Assembly: GCF_009914755.1 (NCBI RefSeq)
Contig: NC_060928.1
Reading direction: 5' to 3' (one strand)
DNA: 64,000 nucleotides
Origin: the human T2T-CHM13v2.0 reference genome, Homo sapiens
In this document: positions 1 to 16,097 of the stretch, in pieces
How the letters are laid out: the number at the start of each line of letters is the position of its first letter
Numbering within the stretch: the first letter of the stretch is position 1
The notes under the pieces: model-generated
The model's database searches: none
What the model saw: only the letters and a program-made list of their open reading frames with translations
Told to the model about the DNA's origin: nothing
Translations under genes and position numbers: made by a program

Positions 1-512
1 CTTGCCTAAGGTCCTCCAGTGAAACTCTGACTGGGGGGAAGTCAGTCTCAGCTCAGCTCCCTCTTCACCTCATCCCCCTGCCTCCCCACATGCTGAGGTT
101 CAGGTTCTTAATCACACTACATACTAAAGGCTTTGCAGAACTAATCGGTCTTCAACCATACACTGTTTTACGGAACGTGTACTAGAGCGGAGAACAGATG
201 TCACCATGAGAATCTTATTTTCTGCTATTTCCCGATTTTGGCCTGTGAACATTTGTAACCTTAATGTTGCATGAACAAAGATTTTTGCATTTAATACTAA
301 TATGGGAACTCACAGATCCTCCTTCTCCAGTTGGAAGTGTGCCACATTCTGATTTCAACAGTGTATGGCTGCTTTTTCAGCGTGTGAATTTGCCTCAATG
401 TCCTGTTGGTGTCTTCTGAGCTGAAAATGTGGTCACATTCTAGTCTTACAGGAGATAATGTCAGGTAAAACATCTAGAGATATTTACATTTGTCACTTTC
501 AAAGCACACATA

Positions 513-801
513 GCCTGCAATCCCAGCACTTTGGGAGGCCAAGGTGGGAAGACTGCTTGAGCCTAGGAGTTGGATACCAGCCTGGGCAACATGGCAAAAC
601 CCTGTCTCTACAAAAAGTACAAAAATTAGCCAGGTATGGTGGTGTGTGCCTGTAGTCCCAGCTACTCAGAAAGCTGAGGCCGGGCGGGGTGGGGATGGGA
701 TAGGATGGGATGGGATGGGAATTGCTTGAGCCCAGGAGGTTAAGGCCACTGCACTTCAGCCCGGGCGACAGGGCGAGACCCTGTCTCAGAAGAAAAAAAA
801 A
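513..801 (+). mobile_element. AluJ-like element, 5'-truncated, with an internal (GGGAT)n expansion and a short right-arm deletion
   Basis: Alu arms, linker and A tail; GGGAT repeats at 682-720. Confidence 0.9.
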
Positions 802-981
802 TAGCACATACATACCCAACACCAGTAAAGGCCGATGGAAAAGGTTTTTACTTGTCAAGACCTAATTCACAGAGCTGTTTCTACTGTTAAGTAAACCAGC
901 AACATCCACAGCAGAACAAAACACTGCATAACACCATATCCCAAATATTGGTTTGGCAAGAAACCATGGGTTAAAAAGTGA

Positions 982-1720
<739 letters not shown>

Positions 1721-2629
1721 TCTCACTGCATGAATTAGGCAACACGATAATGAGAAGTATTTCCTTTTGAGCCGATCGTTTTGCCCTAAACAAGAGAACA
1801 TGTAAGAGCTAAATCCCTACATTAGATTCACGTGTGTGAGGTAACATTTAAAAGGGAAGTGGAAGCAGTTGTACTATTTCTGAAAATCTTTGCTGTATCT
1901 GCCTAGCCAGAGTAGGGTATCTTATCAGTGGCTCCTCAGCTAAGGCTTCTAATTCCTTTTGAATTTAATTTGGAGCCAGTCAGTGGATAAATCATATAAA
2001 ATATGCAAAAGAGAACTAGCTGTTGATTCTGGGCACGCATATATTTGGCCCACATAGTTAAACGATCGTGTCTCTACAGTGAGATAGAATGGCCTATCAG
2101 AAGCAGTAATAAATCCCAGGTGACTCCACTGAACCATTCTTTCAGGTTTCACTGTCTACCCTACTGAAACGATGCTAATATCCTTCATATTCTGTTAACT
2201 TGGGAAGGATGTAACCACATGATTCCACCGGGTGAAAAACTTGCCATTTGGAACTACGGAGGGAAGAAACTTTTACTTTATTTCCCCATTTCGATTATCA
2301 GCTTGAAAGGAGGTTCTTCACTCTTTCAAGTACAGAGCTGCTTAAGAATAATTGTTCCTAAAACAAACACACGCAGACATGTTTCCACTTGTTTGTGCAT
2401 AAAATATCTCTGGAAGGATGTACACGAAACTGGGAACACTGGGAAGGGTGAGAGTTTGGGGTAGAGAGAGATTAGGTTAGCGGAGCAAGTAGCAGTGAAT
2501 TGTTGGTGGGGAAGGGTGGAAGGGAGATCTTATCTGGTCACTTGCAAATCAAATTTCTAACCAATTTTGAAAATTTGGTGTCACTCCTCTCTTATCTACC
2601 TTAACCCCTGTGCAGGAAACACGGTGACA

Positions 2630-3072
<443 letters not shown>

Positions 3073-3159
3073 TACCAAAGGGAACCACATACACTGACTA
3101 TGTATGTACTGGATGCGTGTACTGGATGCATGTAATGTGGGCAGTCGGGGGGCTTCCTG

Positions 3160-3367
3160 GGGTCACGCCAAACCAGAGGCAAGGTGTTAAGGTTTTACAA
3201 AGAATTTTGGTCTCTTAGAGCCAGTGGCTCTGACTTACACAATTCTGGAACTACATCTGCCATAATTATGATCAATGATGTTCTAGCATAATTTAATATC
3301 CTAAAAGAAAAATTAGAGGTCAGATCCTATCAGGCTCGAATCCGAACTTGGGTTCCTCTGTGTAGGA
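3160..3367 (+). repeat. Copy 2 of the local ~200-bp direct duplication (no Alu)
   Basis: gggtcacgcca...aattagaggtcagatcc...ttcctctgtgt is shared with 1190-1720. Confidence 0.85.
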
Positions 3368-4462
3368 CAGAAGAGACTAGAGAGCAAAGTAAGTTCAGAT
3401 CTTGCTCTTAAAGGTAAACTCTTTGCCTTTAGGAAAAATTATTTTAGGAAGCTTCACACTGACCTTTACAGACACTCCCTCTACTGCTCTTCTATAATAA
3501 CAGCCAGAGGATTAATCTTTCTATCAAGTTACAGCTGTTCACCTGGTCACTCACATGAGTCTTATGCCAAGGACAGGTTTGTGAAATCTCCCCTACTCAC
3601 AAAAGCTGCCTGACAGGAAAAGGACTTGACCTTCTCTGGAGCTTGTTCACCAAGAGAGGCTATCAGTTCTCATTCCCATCTGCTCCTTCTCTCCCTTTCT
3701 AGTTCCTGCATTCATTTATTTTAAAAAGAAAATGATGATATGAGTAGAATCCTTGTTTTTCTTGTTGGAGGAATTAACACTCTAAGGCTTGTTTCGTCAA
3801 GTCGTTGAATAATTTTTAAGCATTATACTATAATATGTTGAGTTTTAAAAGACTAAAGCTTCTGTGGTATAAATGGAAATGATTTATTCTGGAAATTCTC
3901 ATTGTATTGTTGCTAAACCCTTACTCCCTCTGAGTGCTTACATTTTTAGCCAGCCTAGAAAATATTTTGGCCCAAGTTAGTCTGAATAATGTTCATTTCC
4001 ATATGATTATATGGAATTGTTTTATCATTTTCTGTTGATAAAAATAATATGAATTGCCAAATGAGTCACCATCATTCTCCCTCACCGAATTTAAGATTAA
4101 ATGGATACAGAATCATCCTACTAAGTTTCATGTTGTGAGGACCAAAGGGACTTTGAGAAACTTTTTGAGAAGAAAAGCAAGACAGAGGTTTGCATACTGG
4201 AGTGTGGCTTCCTCCACGGACTTCATGTTCACATGACAGTGGGTTATAACCTATAGAAAAGACAGCCTGCTCCTTTCAAGCAATATATATGGTTTGCATT
4301 TCTGTCACTTTACATGCAAGTAAGATATTGCCCTGCTTTCAAAATTTACACTAGTAAAAAGTATGAAATGACCTAAGAATGAATATGTGTGGTTTAGGGG
4401 CCAAGCTACCCTGACATCAATAGAGGATTTTCTCTACATGTATATGTATGCTTGGAAATTTA

Positions 4463-4783
<321 letters not shown>

Positions 4784-5364
4784 ATTTTTAAAAAGATGTT
4801 CTAACCTTATCTTTAGCCATGTTAAATATTAGAACAGATGAGGCAGAATTTCAGGGAAGGTTATCCGCTACATGATGTTGAAATCTGAAATAATGTAAAA
4901 GGTAAGAGAGCTACTGCCATTTGTAAATCTGAGTTGCACTTTTTCCACTGTGAGTTTGTAAATGTCTTTATTGAGAAGTAAAGAAAGAATGTTCACAAAT
5001 TTAATGATCTCTATGGGACCAAACCAGAAATCTCTGACATTGTTGAAAAACAGATGAATGCAAGGCAATGTTATCTAAAGTTGACAACTACACTGAATTT
5101 CTAGCTTGGCCACCAATGTTCTGATGTAAGAAGCTGGCAGTCTACTGGTTCGTGCCCACATCAATTCCAATTTAGCATTATCTTCATATTCAAAGCAGAT
5201 CTCCCGTTTTGATACTTTATTGGGGTTGTGGGGTTGTGGCTACAAATCCAAATTAGATCAGAGCAACAAATATTGAGATTTACAAACCAAATGAAATTAA
5301 CAGACATTTGTGTGCTGAATAAGTTAAGGCTCAAATCAGCTAGTCGGGCACAGCAATCACCCAT

Positions 5365-5520
5365 AACAATAATATTTATAGCTCTTAGTGGAGCTCACTA
5401 TGTGCTAGGGACTGTTCTGAGTGTGTAACATATATATGACATCATTAATCCTCACCATAAGCCTATGAGTTAGGTATTACTGGCAATTTACAAATAAGGA
5501 AGTCTGGCACGGAAGGCTGA
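5365..5520 (-). mobile_element. MIR remnant
   Basis: gagctcactatgtgctaggg...aatcctcaccataagcctatgag core. Confidence 0.65.
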
Positions 5521-5664
5521 CTATTCAGGATGAATGTAATAGAGTAAAATAACAGGCCATCACAGACACTGTCACAGTCTGTGAACTCTATCCTGACCAA
5601 AGGCCATTTGGAATTATTAACCAGTCTTTGGTTTAACCTAAAAGAATTAACCTAAAACCAGACA

Positions 5665-6130
5665 TCTGAGCAGAGACTGCTAGCTGCCCTCCAACATCCA
5701 TACTTTTCTCCTTCCTTTAATAAAGGAACCCCCCGAGTTTTAGCTGGGCACATGGCTGCCCAACAAAACACTGTCAATCTCCTTACCAGCTAAGTACGGC
5801 CACGTGATCAAGTTCTAGACAACAGTGTGACCAGAAGTGATGTGTTACATGCCCTTAAAAAGAGGGTCATGCCCTCGACTTCCTTCCTGCTCTTTAGGAT
5901 GTGGATGTGATGGTGGGAGTAGGAGCAGCCATAGTAGACCATAAGATGGAAGATGTAAGCCAAGAATGGCAGGATAACAAGAGAGAAGGAGCCTTAGAGC
6001 CGCCACATCAGCTCTGGACTGCTTATACTCTGGCTGTTACATAAAAAGAGAAATCACCTTCTACCTTATTTAAGCCATTGCTATTTTGGCCTTTTTTTTA
6101 CAGCCATCAAAATTTTATCACAACTAATAC
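5665..6130 (+). mobile_element. Old MaLR solo LTR (MLT1 family)
   Basis: gagcagccat, ttatttaagccattg and terminal aactaataca are typical of MLT1. Confidence 0.7.
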
Positions 6131-6368
6131 ATACAATAATTTTTTCATGTAAAGTATGCTTAGTTAGTTTATAGAGAGTAGGACCCCTGCTCTATAATGC
6201 ATATGTTCTCTTTCTTGAGATTTCAATAATTCATGAGCAAGATTCCATCATGTTTGATGCTTATTTTCCAGGCCACTGTTACAATGAAATTGCATGTCAC
6301 AGTTGTCCAGTTGTCTTTTATAAAACAAGTACCAGTATTAATAGAACTATTAAGTAACCAAACTGTAA

Positions 6369-6663
<295 letters not shown>

Positions 6664-6729
6664 TGTACAGCTGGTCCCTGAGTCTTAGTTTTAACATGCC
6701 CTTTATGTACACATCTGCCAACACAATTT

Positions 6730-6947
6730 GGTGTTTCTCAACGTCAGCACTACTGACATTTTTGACTGACAATTCCCTACTGTGGGGCCTGTGCTGTGCA
6801 TTGCAGATTGTAGGATGTTTAAGAGCATCCCCAGCTTCCACCTACAAGATGCCAGCAGTACTTCCCCCAGTTAAGACAATGAAAAGTAACACCAGACACT
6901 GCCAAATGTCCCCTTGGGGGCAAAATACCTCCCAGTTGAGAACCATA
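6730..6947 (-). mobile_element. MER20 (hAT-Charlie) DNA transposon fossil
   Basis: tttctcaac...gccaaatgtccc...ttgagaacca terminal motifs. Confidence 0.85.
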
Positions 6948-8765
6948 CATCTAATGTATCCTGGGTTGCAGATTTTGAGAAAGCAGAGACTGTGACTATT
7001 TAAATTCTAGTAGGGATACAGGCAGGTAGGTCCTTAATGTACTTTGGATGATAGTGGTGCCCTGGTGATTACCAAGGGCAAAGAGCATGAGCTAATTCTT
7101 ATTTTTTAAATTAAGAAGTTCACTGAGCTTTCAATAAGAAAATTCACAAGGTAGTAAAAAAGTCATAGGCATAATTCCAAGCACATTTAACTATTAGTCC
7201 AACTTCCTCTATCCAAGGTTAAGATGGAAATAATTGCCTATGTGAAGGAAAAAAAAAATCCTCTATGTATGAATAGGATTCTTTTATAGAATCTCTAATG
7301 GTAGTAGGGAATTTGACCCTTTCAGAATCAAGACCATTGCCCTGTTAAACTTCCAATTCCGTTAGCAGTTGTATGTTGCTAGCACTGTACTTGCAGATAT
7401 TCAGATATTATATATGTATAATAAAAGAAAATCATCTGCAGACATTTTCAAACATGTAAGCTTTTAAAGCCCCATTATCATGTTCTTCTACCTTGATATC
7501 CCCATCAGACAGCACTGAATCTGTTTTGACGGAAACCTTTCTACATTCCATGGGATCAGCTAATTCAAAGCAAATAAAATCCTCAAAATCTCTTTCTTTT
7601 TAGAGAGAGTGGGGAAGAAGTGTACTCTAAAAAGATACATCAGGCCCGTCACCTGTCCTGAGATGGGACTCTAGAGTCAGGAAGAAGCTGTCAACTTGTG
7701 TTTCTTTCAAATCACTACACTCATCCCCAGCACCTTTGGCATAATTAATGATTGTCAGGGCGTGGGAAGCCAATCAATTTGATGTTCATTTTCATCAACA
7801 TTAGCAGAAGTAATGCCCCAAGGGTGGGATGGAAATTACATTATGTTTTAATTGAGAGAATTTTCTTTTTGCTGACTTCTGGAGTGGGTGGAATCCAAGA
7901 CATAACTTCTTTTCCCTTTCAATACGTATGCTTTTAAAAGCTTAGCTGATTGCTGCCAGCAACCAAAAGCTCCATTATTTCAACGTGAGCATTCTACCAC
8001 TCATGGCAGGGAGGGTGGGGAGGGCAGGAAGGTGGGTCTGCTATTCATAGGAAAAGATCATTTTAGAAAATGGAAATAAAGGCAACACACTGGGGAGAGA
8101 GGGTCATTTGTCCCTTATCTAATACACCGAATAAGAATGAAGGCTGGGCATTGTCATAGTTACCTGTATCTGTGAAAGTACATAACTAAAGACTTGTTTC
8201 AGATACTAAGAGCTCTAAGAGTTCAATTAAATGGCTAAATGCAGAATTTAAAAAATTTCTTCTCTTTCCTCCCACTTAAATTCACTTTATCATTACTTTA
8301 AGACTCTGAAAAGCATTTCAGAGACACTGTTCTTCAATGAGATTCACTCAAATGTAAAACACCATTACTTTCTCTTTCCACTCAGATACAAAGCAGAGTA
8401 TCACCAGACTACACTGGGAAAAGGCTTGATTCCTTTGTTTTATTTGTTTTCACTCCTGTTGGGCACAACTTCAAAGGTCTAGTTCAGGAACAATCCAATC
8501 ATCTCAATAAGGATGGGAGTTTGGATCCACAAGGTGTTTGGCACAAACCAGCCTGTTCAGTCAAAACCAAAGCAGCTGGCACAAAGGTGGGAGCAGGGGT
8601 GCATGAGGGAGTTCTCAGGTCTTCCTGAGGGAACTCAAAGCTGGGGACTCCAGGCTTTCTTACTAGCTAGCCCAGTGATGTTCAAATTTCTGGTTGTGAC
8701 CCGCCAGCAGATTATAAAATTGATTTAGTGGATCTCAACCAACATTTTTTAAAAGGGTGAAATAA

Positions 8766-9040
8766 GTTGGGCGCAGTGGCTCACGCCTGTAATCCCAGCA
8801 CCCTGGGACATGAAGGCGGGAGAATAGCTTGAGCCCAGGAGTTCATGGAGAAACTGCATCTCTACCAAAAAAAATTAAAAAGTTAGCTAGACAAGGTGGT
8901 ATGCATCTGTAGCCCCAGCTACTCGGGAGGCTGAGGCAGGATCACTTGAGCCTTGGAGATTGAGGCTGCAGTGAGTCGAGATCACGCCACTGCCCTCCAG
9001 CCCAGGTGACAGGTTGAGACTCTGTCTCACAAAAATAAAA
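8766..9040 (+). mobile_element. AluJ-like element
   Basis: Alu arms with a short left-arm deletion. Confidence 0.9.
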
Positions 9041-11209
9041 GAGTGAAATAAAATAGGATAGATTAAAAAATTGCAGACATGGTACATGTGTGAGGATTGT
9101 TTCAGTTACCTGTAACTATCTATCCTCTCTTCTTCCTTCCTTCCTCTCTCCCTCTCTCCTTCCTTCCCTCCTATCTGTCATCACTTATCTACTTTACCTA
9201 AACACCTATCTCTATATGTTTTGCATTGTTATTTAACACACACATATACATACACACATATAAACAGGTAAAACTGTATCTGGGTTTTCTTCAAAAAATT
9301 TTAAAAGCCACCAACTCAGTACATCATTTCACCTACTTAGTTATGACAAAGGATCTTAAAAGTCCAAGTCTATTAAAACCAAAACAAAACAATGACAAAT
9401 ATCCTTTTCCTAGTGCAGATTTAAAATTCCTTCTTTAGAGATCTCTTTAATCCCATTAAACTCAGCAATTTGAAAAAAAAATGAGCTCAAGCTGGTTACC
9501 ACCAAGAGGCTAAGGAAATCACTTCTTTGCTAGCAAACAGTGTATCAGGATCATTCTTAGTTCTTCAATTGCACAAATAAAGGCAGTGATTTTGGAATCT
9601 AGCTGTTTGCAAAAGGATTTAGAAACTGTCATGGATATAGTCTGAGAGGCACAGAGCTAATATTATCATCTTGAGAACATCAACCACACAATCTGACCAG
9701 GGAGACATCTTTTCTTCCTCCATTTTAGGTGGAGAGGAGTTTTTCCAATTGATCAAAGGATTCCTTATAAATTGGTGTATATGACTCCCCAAGACTCTAG
9801 AACTTTAATAGAGCTGGCAATATCATTTAGCTTGAGCCAGTAATGATTTCCCAAAGGCCAATCTCCAACTTTATCCCAGTTCTCCAATCAAATGAAAATG
9901 ACTTAAACGCATTCAGAGTGTGCTAACCACACCAGATCCTCCTGGTTGGGTTATTTATGCATACAAAAAGAATTCAGTTTCTCAAAATGGATATAGTTTA
10001 CCCTAACTTCATATTTTTTTTTGTTATAACTTATTCTGGTATATGCTTGTGCAACCCAGAAGAGGGGCCACCATTGCCAGATAGCAATCTGTTCATTTCA
10101 GTCAACCAAGAATTTTTTAACTCTAAAGTCTCTTCGGTGGAAATTTCTATTAAAAACAGCAAAGCCCTTTTAGAAATCTGGACTAGTTTATTCTTACATG
10201 CCAAAAGGAAATGAACGCATATACATATGCGTGTGTACACACAGAAGTGAAAATTGATGTAATCCAATCACTTGTAAAGGTTTCTCCTCTCTCCACCCTC
10301 TACTCCCCACTCCAGTGAATTTTGAAGCTTGCATCATTCCAGAGGAAACTGTAATTTGGACTCACTCTCTGGCTCAGGCATTAAGTAATCAACCTCATAG
10401 CCTGCCAGCAAGGAGTGGACTGCCTATTTTTTCACTGAAACATATTATCTCACTCCCTATCTCAGCAAACTGCCTCTGAACAGCTTGGCTGAAGAATGGT
10501 ACAAGAACAAGTCTAGACTAGATAATCACTTTTTTTTCTGGTGGCTAAAAAACATTTAAAACAAACATCTAGCTGAACAATGGGTTTATATAATCCAAGT
10601 CTTGAAAAGTCTATGAAGAATCTACATTTCCTCAGATATTACGAGTAACAAAGAAAATGTTTTTAAAAAGTGATTTTGACATCTGAAGATTATTGAAGGT
10701 AGGTGGGAACTGGTACATTTAGTTGAAAACTCATCTTGAACCTGAACCCTTCAGTGGCTGTGGTCATTTTACTTAGTAACCAGGTTTTTGATGATTTAAT
10801 ATTTAGTAGTGTTTCTAAGTAAGGGAGGCAAATAAATTTCTTATTAGGTACTATTTCCATGAGTGGGGACAGTGCAAATCCCTCCCTCTAAAAGATGCCT
10901 ATTATGTACTAGCAAACATGAGCTTTTTTGATTGTCAGTATTACATTTATATAACAAATATTTAAGAATTCCATTCTAAGTGACAGATGTTACTGTCTTA
11001 CACAATATAATTTGATATAACATTTAGAAAATGCCATCATTGGTGGCTTTAGGATTGTAAATCACCTCTTCAATGGCAGTACTGGCAAAATACAAATACA
11101 CAACAGCCTCTAGGCATGTTTTGTATGCATCTGTTAGAGTAATTTGCAGTTTTATTGGAGAATTCATAGTTCCCTGACACGTCTCTTTATAAATAATGCC
11201 GGAGCAATT

Positions 11210-11214
<5 letters not shown>

Positions 11215-11244
<30 letters not shown>
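11215..11244. repeat. (TG)n microsatellite
   Basis: About 15 TG units. Confidence 0.95.
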
Positions 11245-11245
<1 letters not shown>

Positions 11246-11714
11246 ATTTGTGTGAAGCAAAATTCACCTTTCTGATGAAGGCATTCCCTCTTCTAGAAGG
11301 AATTCTAAATAATGGATTTGTCTCTAAAAAAGAATCCTGGTTTCATGTTCTTTAACTTTCTGAGACTTTCTTTTTGTTACTAGAACAAGTTTTGTAGACT
11401 TTTTCCCATAAGTATTCAGTTAAATATCTAGATAGTCATTTTTAACTGATTAGGAAAAAAAAATCCCCAAATTTCAACCAAATGTAACAAAATAGAATCC
11501 CTCTGTGATAACTTAATGAGAAAAATATTGGGCAACACTCACCATCAATAATTAACTAATTATTAAAGGAACATGCACAGATTCCATCCACTATAAAAAT
11601 TCTGCTCAGCAAATTACCTTTCTTTGCCTCTTTTATCTCTATGCAGGGCCTCTCTGTTCCCATTAAGCCTTTCAGAGGACATTATTTGGGCTTTAAAGAT
11701 TAAACAGGAAAGAG

Positions 11715-12546
<832 letters not shown>

Positions 12547-13561
12547 TGAACTTTCTTTTCACCCCAGTGATATGCACACCTCACAATCTTCTCATACTGC
12601 TCATCAAATATTTAATGATACTCAGATCTTTTTTTTAATTTAATCCTCATTCTGCAACATCTCTGTATTCTTCGACACTGGCAGAGAAGAATGAAAATAA
12701 TCTAAGGGGAAAGTTAAGGACAGGTTTGTCAGGAGCCACTGATATCCTTTTTCTAACTGAACTCCTTTGTTAGGAAATTAAACAGATATAACAGAAATTA
12801 GAATGCTTATTATACATTTTGATATAACGACTGAAAATACCCTCCCACGGCAGCTATTATTTTATTAATTATACCTAAGTCACTGATACTTATGAGACCA
12901 ATGATGCAATGAGACAGTACAACAGACTGTCCCATTGAACACTCTATTTTCAACAACCAAGATAGAGAAAATGGCGTGCAGTTCTTCTATCACACCTGGT
13001 GCCCTAAGATTAATTTAATTCATGAATCTCCCTTGCAAGGTTAAAAATAAGTAACCACCCTCAAACTTCAATCATTCCTTGAGTAAGCTTCGTGAACCTC
13101 CAAATGGAAATGACTGTGATCATAGTCGTATTTCATACAAGGATTTCACATCTTTATTAATAACTTACAGGATGTGTAACTTTAACGTTTCTGAAATGAC
13201 TCTGCCAAAATTTGTTGGAATTTCACCTTCTGGGGAGTCTTTTCCTGACCACTGTTGTTTACACAAGATTGTTGTACAAGATGTTTAGCAGTCTCTGACA
13301 AAGACCTATCCTGTGTATAACCATAATTATTAAGCTTACGGCCTATTAACTCAGAGCACCATGAATCTTACCTTTGTTCCTTAACATCTTACTCCCTCTA
13401 AACATTTAATTTTTCTTTATAGAAGTGTTTCATGCTCATTATAGAAAACTAGAAGAAGAGAGACAAGGTGGTGGTAGGGGGAAACAAAACTAAAACCCTC
13501 AATCAGAGTTCCCATCATCACCCAAAGATAACTTTCATTTTTCTTTTTCATGTCCCAGTGC

Positions 13562-13851
13562 TTTTTTTTTTTGAGACGTAGTCTCGCTCTGTCGCCCAGG
13601 CTGGAGTGCAGTGGCGCCATCTCAGCTCACTGCAACCAACGCCTCCTGGGTTCAAGCAGTTCTCTGCCTCAGCCTCCCAAATAGCTGGGATTACAGGCGC
13701 CCACCACCACGCCCAGCTAATTTTTGTATTTTTAGTAGAGATGGGGTTTCACCATCTTGGCCAGGCTGGTCTTGAACTCCTGACCTCGTGATTCGCCCGC
13801 CTTGGCCTCCCAAAGTGCTGGGATTACAGGCGTGAGCCACTGTGCCAGGCT
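13562..13851 (-). mobile_element. AluS-like element
   Basis: Full reverse Alu. Confidence 0.95.
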
Positions 13852-14872
13852 GCTTTAAAAAAAAAAAACAAAAAACAAAAACAAAAAAAAAACAAAAAAC
13901 AAAAAACATTAATTACTATGAAAGGCATGGCAAGTCTTAGTATGACACCAGTGATGATATTTTTAAAATAACACATTTTCGAGTGATAAAAGTAACAGTT
14001 GGGAGATAGACCAGAGTGCTTTAAAAATTAACATTTTCATAAAAATGAAAAACAATTTGACCAAAAATTGTGTCAGAAATAACTTTCACATACCGAAAGC
14101 TTGCCTACATGTTAAAAGCATTTGCAAGAGTACACATTTTTTTTTTTTTCCTGAGTAAACTTTCCCCTTGTTTTTCTGTGGGTGCAAGTGACTATACAGT
14201 ACATAGAAAATTAGTGAGCAAAAAAAAAATAATTAGGATGAGTCACCTTACCTTTTAAGTCATCTTGCCACAAAATGGTTACCTACAATCCACATAACCA
14301 ATTAATTCCTGCCTCCATACTCTAACAAAGACAGCCAGAATTTGGATCTAATCTTTTTTTATAAATCATTCTACCTCCAGGCTATCCCACTCCCTCATTA
14401 TCCTGTTTCCTGGCCTCTTTCCCATTCCTATAATACAGCTGATTTCCCTGATAACCTCAGCACAGGCCCCTTTCCCAGGACCCTCCCCCATCATGAATCT
14501 TTCAAGCCTAATTCCATTGAAGTTAAAAAAGAAGCAACTCATTTGAGTGACTCATTCCTAGATACTTAGGGCGGAGAAACTAGATTCTGCAGCTGGATGA
14601 GTCATTTTGACTGGAAAGCCCCGATAGGAAAGAGGTTCTGTAGAGTGCATACAACAGAGGATGGGGAAATTATGAAGGTAGTAGGTACAGATAAACGCAG
14701 AACATTCAAATAGTGTTCCTTAGTCTGAAGCACTTTGATACCTTAAAGAGGAGTTCTACTTTGCAAATACCACTTTACAAGATTTTTTCCCAACATTTTC
14801 ATTGAAAATATCTCCATTTACTTTAGCTGCTTTTAGGTCTACCATTTTTCTGGAGTCACAGTTATGTATTTG

Positions 14873-15182
14873 CTTGTTTTTTAATTTTATTTTTTAGAGG
14901 CAGTGTCTCTCTGACACCAAGGCTGGAGTGCAGTGGCTTGATCTTATTAATAGCTCACTGCAGCCTTGAACTCCTGGCCTCAAGCAATCCTCCTGCTTCA
15001 GCCTCCCAAGTAGCTGGGACTACAGGTATACACGACCATACATGGCTAATTTTTAAATTTTTTGCAGAGGCGGGGTCTTGCTACATTGCCCAGGCTGGTC
15101 TTGAACTCCTGGCCTCAAACAATCCTCCTGCCTTGGCTTCCCAAAGCATTGGGATTACAAGTGTGAGCCACTGTGCCCAGCC
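14873..15182 (-). mobile_element. AluJ-like element
   Basis: Diverged reverse Alu with the J-type cagccttgaactcctgg. Confidence 0.9.
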
Positions 15183-15357
15183 TAGCGTCATATTTAAATG
15201 TGGTTCTGCCAAAGTGGATTTTGTCCAAAGCTCCAGGAATATCCTCATGATAGAAACTTCCAGAGAGAGTTGGTGTCAAGCATTCAGTATGAGAATAGTA
15301 TGAAAAGATATTTTCTCCTTTGTTCAAAATGAAACTAACTTATTGGTGTTTTCTGAT

Positions 15358-16097
15358 TGAAACCACCTTTGCAAAGATGATGACAGTGAGAGAAGTCCAG
15401 CATGGCTGACTCCATTCTTGCTTCTGGCCTCACAGACTGGCTGCCTTTGCTTTTTCCTGGGCCTAGGGCAGGCTAACCATGGGGAGAATTTAGTTTATAA
15501 TTTAACTTTGAAACAATGATGATAATAGTCCCTCCCTAAAACTAATGCCCTTCTGGCTCACAGACTGAAAACTAATAAAAGTCCACAAGACTAGGATTAT
15601 GAGAAGGGTCTGAATTCTAAAATGAAGGTGTAGTTTCTATAATCCCTTACTGCTCAGGAGTCACGTGGCCAGAGGTCACAAGATGTGTCTTCCCCAGTTG
15701 CTTCTATAGATAACATCACTATTGTAGCATCTAAGATTGGTCTTTTGAGATGTTTTTCAGACAGCATTCTGGCAACTGACTGACCCCACCCAGACCCATG
15801 ACTCAACCAGTCCTGTGGCCCCCATCCAGAGGTGGACTCAGCACATGAGGACCATTTTCTATACCCCTATGATTTCATCTCCAACCAATCAGCAGCACCC
15901 ATTCCCTAGCCCCCTGCCCACCAAATTATCCATAAAAAACCTGGGCTCTGAGTTCCTGGGGAGACTCATCTGAGTGATAACTCCAGTCCTCCTGCTAGGC
16001 TGCCCTGCATTAATTAAACTCTTTACTGCAATAACAGGGTCTCAGTGAATTGGTTTTGTCTGTGCAGCAGGCAGGAAGGACCCATCAGGCAATTACA
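15358..16097 (+). mobile_element. ERV1 solo LTR, LTR8 family (probably LTR8B), 740 bp
   Basis: TGAAACCACCTTTGCAAAG...AATTACA ends and 4-bp TSD TGAT on both sides. Subfamily from recalled consensus. Confidence 0.85.

Noticed and set aside
3105-3133. 13-bp tandem tgtactggatgc(g/a) x2
   Set aside because: Ordinary short slippage duplication with no further structure.
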